Origin: an uncultured delta proteobacterium
GTDB lineage: Bacteria > Desulfobacterota > Desulfobacteria > Desulfobacterales > JAHEIW01
Reading direction: 5' to 3'
Length of the DNA stretch: 64,000 nt
Assembly: GCA_963706575.1 (NCBI GenBank)
Contig: CAVPNL010000006.1
Span: 480,001 to 544,000 of the forward strand
The position numbers and the translations under genes are program-made. Below, piece by piece: positions 63,620 to 64,000 of the stretch. The stretch's first letter is position 1. Each line of letters opens with the position of its first letter. The notes beneath the pieces were generated by a model that was given only the letters and a program-made list of their open reading frames with translations, did no database searches and had not been told where the DNA came from.

Positions 63620-64000
63620 TCAGGCGGGTAAGCTGGCTTTAAAAGCCTTGACAAGCCTGTCCGCTATTGATTGATGGATGGGGGTTACATCCTCATCCTG
63701 CAATGTTTTGTACGGTGACCGGTACGTGACCCGTAAGGAAACACTTTTTTTACCCTCTGCGATCGGTTTGCCTTCAAATACGTCCAATAAATTGAAACTT
63801 TCAACCAGCGCTTCCGATTGGTTGTAGCCTTCGGCAACAATTTTTTGAGTTTCTATATCGTTGTTTACGATGATGGTGATGTCTCTAAAAATAGCCGGAA
63901 ACTTCGGAATCGGCTTAGACTGTATTGTATCTTTGATCAGCGGAAGCAGATGGTCGAAATTGAGTTCAAACAAAAACGCGGGTTGCTTTAAGTCGTAGGC
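63620..64000 (-). CDS. pheT: Phenylalanine-tRNA ligase beta subunit, C-terminal part
   Basis: FDX-ACB domain: PKFPAIFRDI, DVFEG..GKKSV..YRS..KTL. Confidence 0.93.
   Translation of the reverse strand, partial: AYDLKQPAFLFELNFDHLLPLIKDTIQSKPIPKFPAIFRDITIIVNNDIETQKIVAEGYNQSEALVESFNLLDVFEGKPIAEGKKSVSLRVTYRSPYKTLQDEDVTPIHQSIADRLVKAFKASLPA

Overview
The window looks like chromosomal DNA from a Desulfobacterales-like sulfate-reducing deltaproteobacterium (inferred from gene content and style). Housekeeping blocks include a three-gene split glutamate synthase, carA-carB-purF, ychF, an rpsA paralogue, htpX, trxB, and the pheT-merR-tRNA-Gly-rimP-nusA-infB-rbfA-truB-rpsO-pnp-dut block. Accessory genes include the mercury-methylation pair hgcA-hgcB with a palindromic upstream operator, an unusual FabH-like gene, a ydbH-ynbE-ydbL operon, and a divergent cluster encoding a lipoprotein ClpP and a membrane-anchored LonB-type protease. 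Many genes between about 17 and 47 kb carry frameshifts, probably long-read consensus errors, and there is one asmA/transporter fusion junction. The most striking pattern is intergenic. More than 15 gaps hold elements made of a short tandem-repeat arm (6-10 bp unit, several unrelated unit families), a spacer, and the reverse-complement arm. They often start at or overlap a host stop codon, and some are nested or adjacent. One such element (15445-16045) carries a four-helix-bundle (23S-IVP/bAvd-like) gene and the rest are empty. This suggests a poorly described mobile or RNA-structural element system with no transposase.
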